Below the pieces are notes generated by a model. The model saw only the letters and a list, made by a program, of their open reading frames with translations, was not told the origin of the DNA and ran no database searches. A stretch of DNA of 63,597 nucleotides, filler included, from Collodictyon triciliatum (lineage: Eukaryota), in the NCBI GenBank assembly GCA_043381765.1. It is 21 parts of 21 records of this genome, joined end to end, with 100 filler letters (N's around TTAATTAATTAA, not from the genome) between each part and the next. Parts side by side here need not be neighbours in the genome. Positions count along the whole stretch, not along the records: positions 24,922 to 27,931 come from JBHJMP010007927.1; positions 28,032 to 31,041 come from JBHJMP010007928.1; positions 31,142 to 34,147 come from JBHJMP010007929.1; positions 34,248 to 37,252 come from JBHJMP010007930.1; 17 more parts are not named here. One strand, 5' to 3'. Positions 25,269 to 37,081 of the stretch are shown here, one piece after another. The position numbers were made by a program, and so were the translations under genes. How positions within the stretch are numbered: the stretch's first letter is position 1; each line of letters starts with the position of its first letter.

Positions 25269-27803
25269 CTACCCAAAGAACCAGACACAGAGCGGGACAG
25301 TGACCATCATGATGATTGCCTGCAGCGGCATCCCAAACTTGACAAAGTCGCCGAAGGAATACCCACCAGGGCCGAGCACCATCAGATTCGTCTGATACCC
25401 AATCGGGGTGGAGAAGGCAGCAGAGCCGGCCAACATGATGATGTAAAACGCAGTCTTTTTTTCATAGCCAGCCGTGATGGCCACTTGGTCTGCAATCGGG
25501 AACATAAGCGTCACAGCCGCCGAGTTTGACAGGACCGAGGTGAGGATGACAGTTGCGATGTAGATAGCGAAAAGCACCCCGATTCCGCCCCCGTCCTCGC
25601 CCGAAAACCCGTCAACAAGATTGTTGCCCATCCTCTCAGCAACCCCCGTGATTTCCAAGGCTTCGGCAATCCCAAACGCCCCAGAAACAGTGAGCAAAAG
25701 ACCGGCCGGGAGGGAGCGGCGAATGTGATGAATCTTGAGGATTCCCAAGGCATACATCACGCAGATACAAGCAAGGGCACAGACAGCGAGGTCAAAGACC
25801 TCTGCCACATTCAACCCAATCATCACGACCAACAAGAACGAGGAAATGTAGAGATGCTTGCGGCTTGGCTCCACAACGACGGCTCCTTCGACCGGGGATA
25901 CCAAAGCAAAGTGGCTGTGATGTCCATAAACCTCCATAAACTTCTGTGTCGTCTCCAGAAGCAGAGTATCTCCGCCTTCTAAAACAATCTGGCCAGTTCG
26001 TCCTTCGATGCGTTTCCCATACCTATGAATCGCTAGTATTGCAGCTCCGTACTCGGCGCGGAATCTTGATTCACGGACTGTGCGGCCCACGATGGGTGCG
26101 TTCAAGGCAACGACAACTTCTACAAGAACACGTGGAACTCGCTTCCTTCGGGGGATGTTTTGGATAGTATTCTGGCCCTGAGCTTGTACGTCGCTATTTG
26201 TATGAGTATCTGGGTGATCAATGTGCTGTTCTTCGTGTTCTTTCAAACAGTCCTGCTCTTCCACAAGCTTCGTATCCGGCGAATCAACGACTACCTGGAG
26301 TGGTGGCTCCGCGGTATGATCGACCTGTGAGTTTTCAAAGTACTCCTCCTTTGAATGATAGACCACTGGAACAAGTCCTTTTGTCTTCCACAAATCTTTG
26401 ATTCCCTCCAAAGATCCCGAAAACGTCAGCTTATCGAAGGGATGGATGATTGTTTCAGGGTCTGGGGCAGGGATAACCTCACCAGACCTGCGAGTTATTT
26501 CAACCAGATAGAGGCCAGCCATATTGCGCAGCCCAGCATCCCGCACGGTGAATCCAAGGAAAGGGCAATCCGCTTGTACACGCAGGGTCATTGAGTATTC
26601 GCGCATGATTCGCTGGACATCAGTTGGGGAGTTTGTATTTGCCGGGAGAAAATACCGAGATAGGAGCAAACAGTAGAGGATGCAAGTAAAAGAAATAGGG
26701 ACGCCAACTTTGCCTACTTCAAAGAAGGGCATATTCAAATCAGGGTAATCGTCCTGCGCCAGGCCGCGGACAATCAGATTCGTGCTTGTTCCGATGATTG
26801 TGCACAGGCCACCCACGATGGCCGAGTAGCTGAGTGGAATCATAAAGAACGATACAGGGTAGTTTGCACGCCGTGTCCAGTTTTCAATCACGGGTATCAT
26901 CACCGCAACAAGGGGTGTATTGTTCATGAAGGCAGAGGCTGTGGAGACAAAGACCATCATCCTCAGTTGAGCGGCCCAAATGCTGGACGGCTTATGAAGA
27001 ACGGCACGGGCGATGTAAGTCAAGGCGCCGGTATCTTCCACCGCAGAGACGATGATAAGCATCAGCCCAATGGTCACCACGGAAGTGTTTGAGAATCCTA
27101 TGAAAGCGTCGTCCACCGAAATGATTCCAAAGAGCAAGAGTATCGTGGACCCTGCAAAGAGTGCAACTTCGGGCTCCGTGATTCCACGAATCAGCAGAAT
27201 CATCGTCATCCAGGTGGCCTCCATGGAGATGACAGCCTCCCAACTCAAGTCGCTCCATGCCGTCAGAAAGAGGACAATCACAAGAACTTGAGACAGAAGC
27301 GACATCAGAACAGTCCAGCGCTCTTTGTAGAGGAAGCGGGCCGTTGCCATTAGCCAGTTTTTTTTCGCCTTCTGTCCTCTGATGCGGTCCCAAAACTCGA
27401 CTTCCTCGTGCTCGTCCTCTCTGCCATCGCCTTTGCCTCTGTTTCTATCACTGGTGCGGGTTGTGTGCGACCCATGGCTTGAGCCTCGCGCTTTCAAGGG
27501 AGAGAAAGAGTCTGTGAAGCTCTTTCGATGTCCCCCTTGTCCTTGCGCTTGCGCCTGACCATCACTCGTCCCCTGTGTGGCTGACTCTGCTCTTGATGTA
27601 TGCTGTGCCCCGCGTGCTTCCTCGTTTTCGTTTGTACCGTACCAGCGCTCAGCGTGGCTGGTGTCCTTTTCGGTGGGTGCTCGAGTGTTTGCACTAAAAG
27701 GAAGCAAAGGTGTGCGGTCCGGATCGAGGCGGTTTACTGAGAAGCTGCCGTCTTTTGTGTCGCTGTCGTTATACGGCTCGACAGCACCCAGGCGAAAGCT
27801 CAT
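25269..27803 (-). CDS. SLC13/DASS-family sodium:sulfate-type transporter with TrkA-C domains (SAC1/SLT-like), intronless, 844 aa
   Basis: SAFMNNTPLVAVMIP, GGLCTIIGTSTNL, two TrkA-C-like segments (GFTVRDAGLR; GRTVRESRFR) and C-terminal FSTPIGYQTNLMVLGPGGYSFGDFVKFG. Confidence 0.93.
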   Translation of the reverse strand: MSFRLGAVEPYNDSDTKDGSFSVNRLDPDRTPLLPFSANTRAPTEKDTSHAERWYGTNENEEARGAQHTSRAESATQGTSDGQAQAQGQGGHRKSFTDSFSPLKARGSSHGSHTTRTSDRNRGKGDGREDEHEEVEFWDRIRGQKAKKNWLMATARFLYKERWTVLMSLLSQVLVIVLFLTAWSDLSWEAVISMEATWMTMILLIRGITEPEVALFAGSTILLLFGIISVDDAFIGFSNTSVVTIGLMLIIVSAVEDTGALTYIARAVLHKPSSIWAAQLRMMVFVSTASAFMNNTPLVAVMIPVIENWTRRANYPVSFFMIPLSYSAIVGGLCTIIGTSTNLIVRGLAQDDYPDLNMPFFEVGKVGVPISFTCILYCLLLSRYFLPANTNSPTDVQRIMREYSMTLRVQADCPFLGFTVRDAGLRNMAGLYLVEITRRSGEVIPAPDPETIIHPFDKLTFSGSLEGIKDLWKTKGLVPVVYHSKEEYFENSQVDHTAEPPLQVVVDSPDTKLVEEQDCLKEHEEQHIDHPDTHTNSDVQAQGQNTIQNIPRRKRVPRVLVEVVVALNAPIVGRTVRESRFRAEYGAAILAIHRYGKRIEGRTGQIVLEGGDTLLLETTQKFMEVYGHHSHFALVSPVEGAVVVEPSRKHLYISSFLLVVMIGLNVAEVFDLAVCALACICVMYALGILKIHHIRRSLPAGLLLTVSGAFGIAEALEITGVAERMGNNLVDGFSGEDGGGIGVLFAIYIATVILTSVLSNSAAVTLMFPIADQVAITAGYEKKTAFYIIMLAGSAAFSTPIGYQTNLMVLGPGGYSFGDFVKFGMPLQAIIMMVTVPLCVWFFG

Positions 27804-27877
27804 GTGACTTGTTTTGAATCGCTCCTAAAGATTTTTTTTGTTTTTTTTGTTTTTTGTTTTTGTTTTTTTTGTTTTTT

Positions 27878-27931
<54 letters not shown>

Positions 27932-28031
27932 NNNNNNNNNNNNNNNNNNNNNNNNNNNNNNNNNNNNNNNNNNNNTTAATTAATTAANNNNNNNNNNNNN
28001 NNNNNNNNNNNNNNNNNNNNNNNNNNNNNNN

Positions 28032-28126
<95 letters not shown>

Positions 28127-28539
28127 CGCTTAGATGATATGTATAGTTATAGTGATAGTAGTGATTTTCGGTTTCTTCTCAGTTTATTTGGCATGATTGA
28201 GAAGATCTTGATGGGGAATTACTTGGTAGGACGCGTGCCCAAGATAATAGTGATAGTAGTGATAAAAAATTTATACGAGTAGTGAGAGACTGTTTCATGG
28301 TTTTAGATTATTTTTTTTAAAAAAAAAAAAATTAATCTCAAACATGAGTCCCTCTAATACAAAGAAATAGTGTAACAACCTATGGGCGCAATTTAATAGG
28401 GATCCTCTTTATACTAAAATGCACCTGGCTTTAACATCATTAGTCTTTTTCACAGAAGATGGAAACATAACTAGGATCAAGCTACTACATACATTCTGTT
28501 TTTTCTTCTCTAGTGGATAGGCTATCTTTCACTGGCTAG

Positions 28540-30580
28540 AATAAAATTCTCAAATGTTGTTTCATCCAGCACCGACACATGGCGATGTCTACGACTGGTG
28601 CTACCCAGAGGATGCACGAGTCATCGAAATCAGCACGATGCTTCAGCGGGGTTTGTGCACATACATGCTGTCTTTCTTTTCTTTTTATTAAATATATGTG
28701 CACATGTTTATGTAATACGCATCCCAATATCTCCAAGAAACAAGTCAAGGGTATTGCCATCATGGATGCTCATCATTCACACAACGAAATATTTAGTCCG
28801 AGCGAAAAAAGCCATGTAAAGTAAAAAGAAGAAAGCATATTAGCTTTTATTTGATTTAAATGCAAATATAACAGATAATCATCTCCATCTCATCGTTTTC
28901 AAATATATAATGAATTTGCTCTTAGGGTTCATTTCGATTTCCTGGATATGCGGATTCTGCCAGCAACAAACTAGAAATAGATGGCAGTCTTAGTACGTTT
29001 TCGCATAGGAGTCAGTCGTCAAGCAATCCAACACCATCCATATGGTGAGCTGTTTACTTTCAATTAATTCAAATATCTAGGATTAATTCAAATATTTCAT
29101 GTATATGGCAATTCAATAGGTCTATCGATTCTGGGTCGAAAAGAGAGGAGTTCAAAAACCAAGGAAAACTTTTGTCTGTTCCATTGAAACTTTCATTTCT
29201 TGGTAGCTCTCAAAATATACACGCCTCCCAGGCCAACCAACATATAAAGCGAGATGGCACAATAAAAAAGCAAAAGCAGGAAGCAGGGGCAAAAACAGAG
29301 GATAATGATGTGAGCCTCAAATTATTTTTGACATATAAATAATTGACTTGATGTCCATTTTCAATATCATGAGTAGAAATTATGGGCAAATATTCTGAAC
29401 AAAAAAAAAAGAAAGGGATAGTCATTTAAATTTACGTTCAGCAATTTAATTACAAACAGAAAGTGCATATTCAACACGACTTACAAAAGCACCACCAAAC
29501 GAAGAGCAAGTTCGTAAAGGTGATGATTCATTTGAAACAATCCAAATCAAAGGGGTGGATGAGATTCGATCGATACTTTGATATCTCTACCAAAAAAAAA
29601 AAAAGATGATGTAATATATAATCTTTTCTTTTGGTTAAGTTTGATGAGCCTCTGCACCAATCTTACGTGGTAGAGTGTAGAGAAACTCCGGGCCGTAAGT
29701 GTCAGAATGGTAGCATTGCAAACCGAAATACTAGAGTATGTTGGTCGAAAGTGTCATATTTCCGATATTCTCTTATAGAATTTTGGATTCGTTTGTTGCA
29801 TCTTTTTTCTTTGCGTGCATCCATCAATTTTAGTCACATGTTCTTTGATAGTTTTTTTTTTTTATTCTTCCTTTCAACTTTTGTGCAGGACCGAGACATG
29901 TTCTTTGATAGTTATTTGACTACGTATTTATCCCATTATGCGTTGAGCATTTCTTTGATTTATTGATTTTTCACAGAACTCAATCATCAAATACTGACAT
30001 ATTACCCATCACATTCCATATCCAGGAAGCAATCCAAACAAGATACTACGGAGATAATTTTCGACCAAGCTTACGGCTTCGATCAAATTCAGCTGAGGTT
30101 AGGTTGTTGACTTTATGTTCAAATTATGAACACACGATAATCTGGTCTGTATATTTCGTATGCTTGTAATTATTTCATCAGTCACACTCGAATTTGATAC
30201 ATATGGACCTAAACATCGCCACTAGCCGCACGCGACAAAAACCATGGCACACCAGAGGAATACCAACATAAGGAATCCCATTTTGCAAGGTTTGTATTGG
30301 GATATTTCCTATCACAAGAAATATGTTGATAACAAAAATCTTTCTTCATGCCCACTGCCAGAATTTCATGTGTCTTTTAGATGATTTTATATCGTCCCGA
30401 TATGCAGCCCATGTATAGATATTGACATACTATAATTAATTCGTTGACATTAACACAAAGACTCTTTTGATTTCGAGCCACCCAAGTATGGTATTCGTGT
30501 TTTTCTACACGAGCCAAGGTTTTTGGAAAGCGACATGAATAAAGCGAAAGATTCCCGCCCAGCTGAAAAGCTACATAATG
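28540..30580 (+). CDS. Possible multi-exon hypothetical protein
   Basis: Several AG...GT-bounded, GC-richer open segments (for example TQSSNTDILPITFHIQEAIQTRYYGDNFRPSLRLRSNSAE). I could not build a full consistent model. Confidence 0.3.
29836..29913 (-). mobile_element. Tiny 5'-truncated LINE insertion with poly(A) tail and target-site duplication
   Basis: Direct repeat ACATGTTCTTTGATAGTT at 29836-53 and 29896-913 flanks T-run + ATTCTTCCTTTCAACTTTTGTGCAGGA, which is the reverse complement of the LINE 3' end near 34820-34848. Confidence 0.85.
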
Positions 30581-30964
30581 GTTAGATAATATGGCGTTTA
30601 CTTCGCTTCGTAAAATTGATCACATATTGTCATTGCAACTGATTGATTTGTATTATGTGTTACTTATTTTCAAGCATTCAAATATGTGATTAATATAGAA
30701 AACTGCGGTGCATATAACAAAGGAGTGAGCAAGAAGGGTCTTGAATTCGAAACAAGATTAGGTCATTACATCGAGGAACACCACCAAAGACGAGTCCGAT
30801 TGTTATCACAAAATCCGAGGAAATAAGCCTAGTTCTTTTTTTCTTTTTTGTTATAATTAGCGCAGTTTTGAGCAAATGACTTCATTTTTATAATAAATAA
30901 GCTCAAAATAACTAGCTACCTGTAATTTTATCGTATTTATTGACGTTCCCTGTCTTTTTTCTTT

Positions 30965-31034
<70 letters not shown>

Positions 31035-31150
31035 TTTTTTTNNNNNNNNNNNNNNNNNNNNNNNNNNNNNNNNNNNNNNNNNNNNTTAATTAATTAANNN
31101 NNNNNNNNNNNNNNNNNNNNNNNNNNNNNNNNNNNNNNNNNAAAAAAAAA

Positions 31151-31205
<55 letters not shown>

Positions 31206-32019
31206 ATAAAAGAATAAAAGGATAAAAGGACACAAGGACAAAAGGACAAAAGGACACAAGGACACAAGGGCAAAAGTATAAAAGGGATAAAGGGAAAAAA
31301 AGCCGAAGTAAGGAAAGGAAAAAAAGTGGAAGTAAAGGGATGGAGGAAAAAAGAGCAAAGGTAAAGGAAAGGAAAAAAAGTGGAATAAAAGGATAAAAGG
31401 GATAAAAGAGCAAAAGGAAAGGAAAGGGAAAAAATGGAAATAAAGGAAAGGAAAAAAGAGCAAAAGTAAAGGAAAAGGGATAAAAGAGCAAAAGGAAAGG
31501 AAAGGAAAAAAGAGCAAAAGGAAAACACCAGAAGGACAGGGCATATGCAAGGGAAGGGAGAAAACAAGTGGAGAGAAGCATTCCAGACCAAATCCAATCC
31601 CAAACAAATATGGGGCAAATGGAGAGTGATCGCGACGACGCAGAAGGCAGAGTTTTGTGCCGGCGAGGTTGTGACAGGCGCAACCCAAAGAAACTCTGAA
31701 TCATCGGCCACATGAAGACAACACATAGCTGCGTTAGCGCTCCATAGTGAAATGGCTATGGCGAGGGCGGAGCGTACTGCCCTGGGAATCTGGTTTTATG
31801 CGGCTGGCGGAGGCGGTTGTGACTTGTATTGAGCGAGAAAAAAGACAGGGAAGGAACACGGCAAATAAGCGGACAGGAACGGGATTACGAGGCGTGATAA
31901 TTAAAAAAAAAAGGAGAAAAAGGAGACGTTACTTGAACAAGCATTTCAACAACAACAGAAAACACAACAAGCTTTACTGTTTTGAAATGAAAAATATATT
32001 CGCGCTCTTGCCAGCTTGA

Positions 32020-33904
32020 ATGGCTTCGTCTGTCCGTTCTTTCAGCTCTGCGATTTCCACCGTCCTCCCGTACACATCGTCTGTCTCGTCCGGTAATGGC
32101 GGATCACCCACGCCGTCTCACTTACAGCAGCGCTTCTCGGAGATACACCCATTTTTCCTTTGGTTCCACAAGGTTAGCAAATATTCTCTCGGGGTGTTGG
32201 CCTGGCTTTTCTGTTTCTCTTAGACTTTGGTTTCTGCCTTAGGATGTGTATTTTTCTATTAGGATGTATGTTGCTTTCTCGAATCTTTCTCTCCTCAGTG
32301 ACTCTTTGACACTGGATAAACAATTTCACTTGTTGGCTGCCCTATATTTTACTTTCTTATTTTACTTTCTTTTTCTTTTTTCCTTTTCATTTTATTTTTC
32401 ATTCTAACAATTATTTGGTAAATATCGACGAATATCTTGCAGGACGAACGGCTTGAAAGGCAATACCGCAACTTTTATGTTGACTGACAGATCCGTACCA
32501 TGCAGAGGCTTTACATCGCCTTGGTTTGTAGCTCCCATTTGCACCAAACAGAAGCATGGGCTGCATAAAACAATCGCAACTGCAATTTTTGATTGCATTA
32601 TCACATTAGTGCATATATTCTTTGCGAATATAATTTTCTTTCATTTTCTTATGTGAATATAAGTGGCTAGATAAATTTATGATAAAATACTTATCCATAT
32701 TTTATCTGCTTTTTTTCCCGCTTTCATCTCGATATGTTACAGTTTTTTTAAATCTCACATTATAAAAGGGTATCGTAGCTGCTATAGTCCTTGGTCTTCA
32801 AATAGCAGAGACATCTAGCCAGCACATATCTGGTGTATGTACATGTGCAGCATTTATAGTCCTTTGTCCAGTGTTTCTATTTTTGCTGTCACTAACCAGG
32901 TAGATATACAACAATATATATTTCATTATATTTTTAGACAGCTCCTTTTGCATCCCTTTAATGACATATCAAGCTCCCTTGTAATGAAAATATTGAATCT
33001 TTCAGTCAAAAAAATAGCCATTTCAGAAGATACTTTTCTGTGGCTTCTGTGTTGTGTGGAGTGGTCATATGCATTTGCTTTATTCGTATAACCATTTGGA
33101 ATGGCTCAGCAATCAGATCCAACGTCGTTGTCGTCTACTTATTTTGTTTGTTTAGTTTTTTATCCGGTCTGCATTTTCCTGAGGTGGTAAGTGTCCTTTT
33201 TATTTTATTTTTTTGTTATTATTTTTGAAGAAAAACTTATTCAAAAGCGAGTTTTAAAAAAATGTAAAAAAAAACCCCCCCGTAAAGCTTTAAATGGTTT
33301 TTGCTATTAAAGAGGAAAGGATTAATTAGCTTGTATAATGACAGCTTCTCCTTCATACGGTTTTGACTATCGATGTGATTATTGAATGGACTTTGGCAGA
33401 TTTCTTCGAAAATTCTACAGAAATATTAACCACCCTTCTGCAATTTACGTGCACCGGATTCCTATTTGCTTATGCCTCTTACAGACAAGATTATCTATAC
33501 AGGTTGCTTCGTGGATGTTTACATTACTTCCTTAAGGAATATAATTTCTTATCAAATTTGATCTTCATCATGTCAAACAGTTTTTTGCCGCCTATCAATA
33601 AGTTTATCGCCTTTTGAACGTCTGTGTAATCATTCTCACCCCATACAAATAGGCGTGTTTTTATCTCCACTTACCAACTAAGGACGGATAATAAAGTGAA
33701 GCGACAATTCCTTCTATTTATGAATATCGTCGTTTATGTAGATAAACTATCTACCTTTGTTAATCACTCAAACATCAATATTCTAGGACCTTAGGAGTGA
33801 GCTAACAAAGCTTAAACCAGGCGGTACCAGAACAAGTGCCGTTGACCTGGACTCCCCAATCGTCAAGATTGTCGCCCTCCTGAAGGATGTTCGGCAATCT
33901 GTCG
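32020..33904 (+). CDS. Multi-pass membrane protein resembling the N-terminal region of membrane-anchored cyclic-nucleotide phosphodiesterases/cyclases, 3'-partial
   Basis: FLWFHK|DERLERQYRNFY, about 6 TM segments, RRVFISTYQL, a short coiled coil, then AVDLDSPIVKIVALLKDV. The catalytic domain is not present. One in-frame TGA at 32485. Confidence 0.55.
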
Positions 33905-34247
33905 GTAATAGTGAATTTACAGTTGCGAGTATTTTTTTTCGCGTTGTAAGGAAATCTGTCATAAATTTTTTTGTTTCTACTGAATGCGATAATTATTATA
34001 TATTTATTATTTTATTCTTTATATTTATTTTTTTATGTTTTATTTTTTATGTTTTATTTTTTTATGTTTTATTTTTTTATGTTTTATTTTTTTATGTTTT
34101 ATTTTTTTATGTTTTATTTTTTTATGTTTTATTTTTTTATGTTTTTTNNNNNNNNNNNNNNNNNNNNNNNNNNNNNNNNNNNNNNNNNNNNTTAATTAAT
34201 TAANNNNNNNNNNNNNNNNNNNNNNNNNNNNNNNNNNNNNNNNNNNN

Positions 34248-34848
34248 AAGTCTCCCAACAATGCACACTTTGCAGCAACGGTGATGAATCCATTGAGCAC
34301 ACATTTGTGCAATGTCCCTTCGCTCGAAACCTGCGCGAAACAGTCGGTGAGATTCTTCGACTGACACTCAAGACAGCTGCGGCTGTTGGCCCAATCCAGG
34401 CGATATTTGGGCCTCTGCAACAACTGGGTCCAGATGCAAAAACATTCTGGGCAGTGACGCGAGGCCATTAGCTATGGACTATGTGGATAGCGCGCATTTA
34501 CTCACGCAAAGTAAGACTCAACAACCAGCCACCCATTCCTGATAATAGACTGGATGACATCACACAAATCTTTTTCTTCAACAGTTTTCTTCTCCACCTG
34601 CACGTTCTCTACTACTCAGACCCTGTGAGAAGAGATGTGTGGAAAGAGGCTGAGAAAGAGATTCAACCTCGCCTTGTATCTCTCATGCAAGCACAAGACC
34701 CAGGTTACAGGCCAAACCGCAGGATGCAATTCCTGATTACTGACTACTTCTCCGCCATCCGGCCACCAAGTAGCGTTAGTGTGAACAATGGCTAGCGAAC
34801 CGAAGCCAAAATCTCCACCATCTTGCACAAATTGAAAGAAAGAATTAA
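34248..34848 (+). mobile_element. 3' end of a non-LTR retrotransposon (L1/Tx1-like ORF2 C-terminus), decayed
   Basis: The frame from 34259 reads QCTLCSNGDESIEHTFVQCPFARNL (zf-RVT-type CxxC..E..H.F..C), then GH*LWTMWIARI with an in-frame TAG at 34469. ORF ends at 34795, followed by a short 3' UTR shared with dispersed copies. Confidence 0.85.
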
Positions 34849-35070
34849 GCATTAGGAGGTATCACATTAATATGTTTTCTTTTTATAAGAGTTTAGGTAG
34901 ATTTCCGAATCTTTTATTCTTGTGATTCAATACTCTGTAAACTAGAGTTGTACTAATGTCCATTCAGAGCGGTGGGGATAATGATAGAACATTATGAACT
35001 AGTCTTCAAAGTAGAGATTATGAAGATGGTGGAATGGTTTGATAAAGTGCGGCAGAATCAGGAGAGTCAG

Positions 35071-37081
35071 TTATTGATATAGCTTTCTGTTCGCATTCTC
35101 CACGTCTCTCTCTGCAATTTCGGTCTCTCGATGCCCAGGCCCATAGAAACGCTCATATACTATCTTAGCTTTTTGATATATATCTCGCGCCTCTCGGTAC
35201 TTTCTTTGAGTCATGAAAACATTCCCAATATTGGTATATACCTTGCCGACATCAACGTGCATATCTCCAAGCAATTCCAGCCGAATAGCCAGCGATTTAC
35301 TTAAGTATTCCAGAGCTTTATCTTGCCTATATAATAATTTTAGATGAAGATATAAAAATCAAAGGGAAGAATTAAAAAAACATAAGATGAAACTACGTTG
35401 TGCATACAAAATCAAGACGTACTGCTTTTTTTTCTTGTAAACTATCCCTATATTGAAGTAAGAGTCTGCAACATCAGGACTTTTTTCCAATGTTTTCAGC
35501 CGAATTTCAAGCGATTTATTGTGGTAATCCAATGATTTTTCATACCTTTTAATTCATTTTTAATACAACATAAATATGGAATGTAGTTTTTAAAATAGAA
35601 CATACATTTCAAGATTCTTGTATACGATTCCAAAATCGAAGAATAATTCTTGAAAATCAGATGGAATCCCTCCAGGGACTTTCATTCGAATTTTAAGAGA
35701 TTTATGGTAGCATTCCAGGGCCTCCTCATTCCTTTGGTCATTTATAATTGATGAATATACATTTTATTTAAATAATCAAATTAAAACATACTGTTTTTTT
35801 TTCTTGTAAATATTTCCAAGATGATGATATGACTTTGCCACATCAGGGTGTATTTCTCCGAGTAATTTCAGTCGAATATCAAGCGATTTATAGTTGTACT
35901 CCAATGATCTATCAATCCTATGAAAATGCTATGCATAAAAAAGTACTAATTTGCGTATAGCAAAAAAAAAAAACTTACCTCCCAAATTGATAGTACGTAG
36001 CTGCGATGTTAAGATATGATATTACAATATCAAGGTGCATTTCTCCACATAATCTCTTTGTAATATCTACCGATTTATTGAAGTATTCCAGGGCTTTATC
36101 AAACCTTTATTTAAAAAATAATATTGAGTTTGCCAAAATTTACTTTTTTACTCTTCTTCTTGATTTGGGCATCATGAGGGGGATTCGGCTGCGGTTCAAT
36201 AGCCTTCGTCTGCATGAGTGCTTAGTTGTAGAGACTATATAGAGAGGATGTATAAAGCGAAATGTGCAGTAAAAAAACATACTGTCTAAGATATTTGTAA
36301 ACCAATCCAATAATAAAATATGACGAAGCAACATCAGAGTGCAGTTCTCCAAATATTATCAGTCGAATTTCAAGTGCCTCTTGGTTACATCTCAGAGCTT
36401 CTTCATACCTAAAAAAACATTTATTGAATTATTTGATGAAAATACACATAAATAGATAACAACATAAAACATACTTTCTGAGGTTGTTGTAAGCATATCC
36501 AATATTGTAATAAGACCAAGCAACATCAGAGTGCATTTTTCCAAACACTTTGAGTCGGATCTCAAGTGCCTTTTGGTTATATTCCAGGGCTTCTTCGTGT
36601 CTATTAAATAATAAGTTAATGAAAGAATAAACATAAATTTACAACCAAATAAAAATACCTATCAAGTTGGCCATAAGCGTTTCCAATATTATTATATGTC
36701 GATGCAACATTAGGGTGTATTTCTCCAAATAATATCTGTGTAATTTCGCGGTCTTTTTCGTAGTATTTCAGGGATTCCTCGTGCCTATTACATCGTAATT
36801 AAATAAAAATACACATATATGAATCATAAAGTAAAGTATACTTTCCAAGATTCCTGTAAACATTTCCAATATTCCCATATGAGGCAGCAAAATTAGGGTG
36901 CATTTCACCAAAAACTTTCCGTTGAATTTCAAGGTCTTCGTGGAAGTATTCAAGAGCTTTTTCATGCCTATTAAATAATAAGTTAATGAAGAGATAAACA
37001 TAAAAGATAATAATATAAAACATACTGCCCGACTTTAATGTAAACATTTCCCAGGATATTCATATTTTTGCTATTCAAACC
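35071..37081 (-). CDS. 42-aa TPR-repeat protein (kinesin-light-chain/NPHP3-type repeats), one repeat per exon, 5'-partial
   Basis: Eight internal exons each encode about xHEEALEYxxKxLEIRxxxFGExHPDVAxSYxNIGxxYxxLxK. The terminal exon 35071-35327 ends RKLYQ*. Confidence 0.92.
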
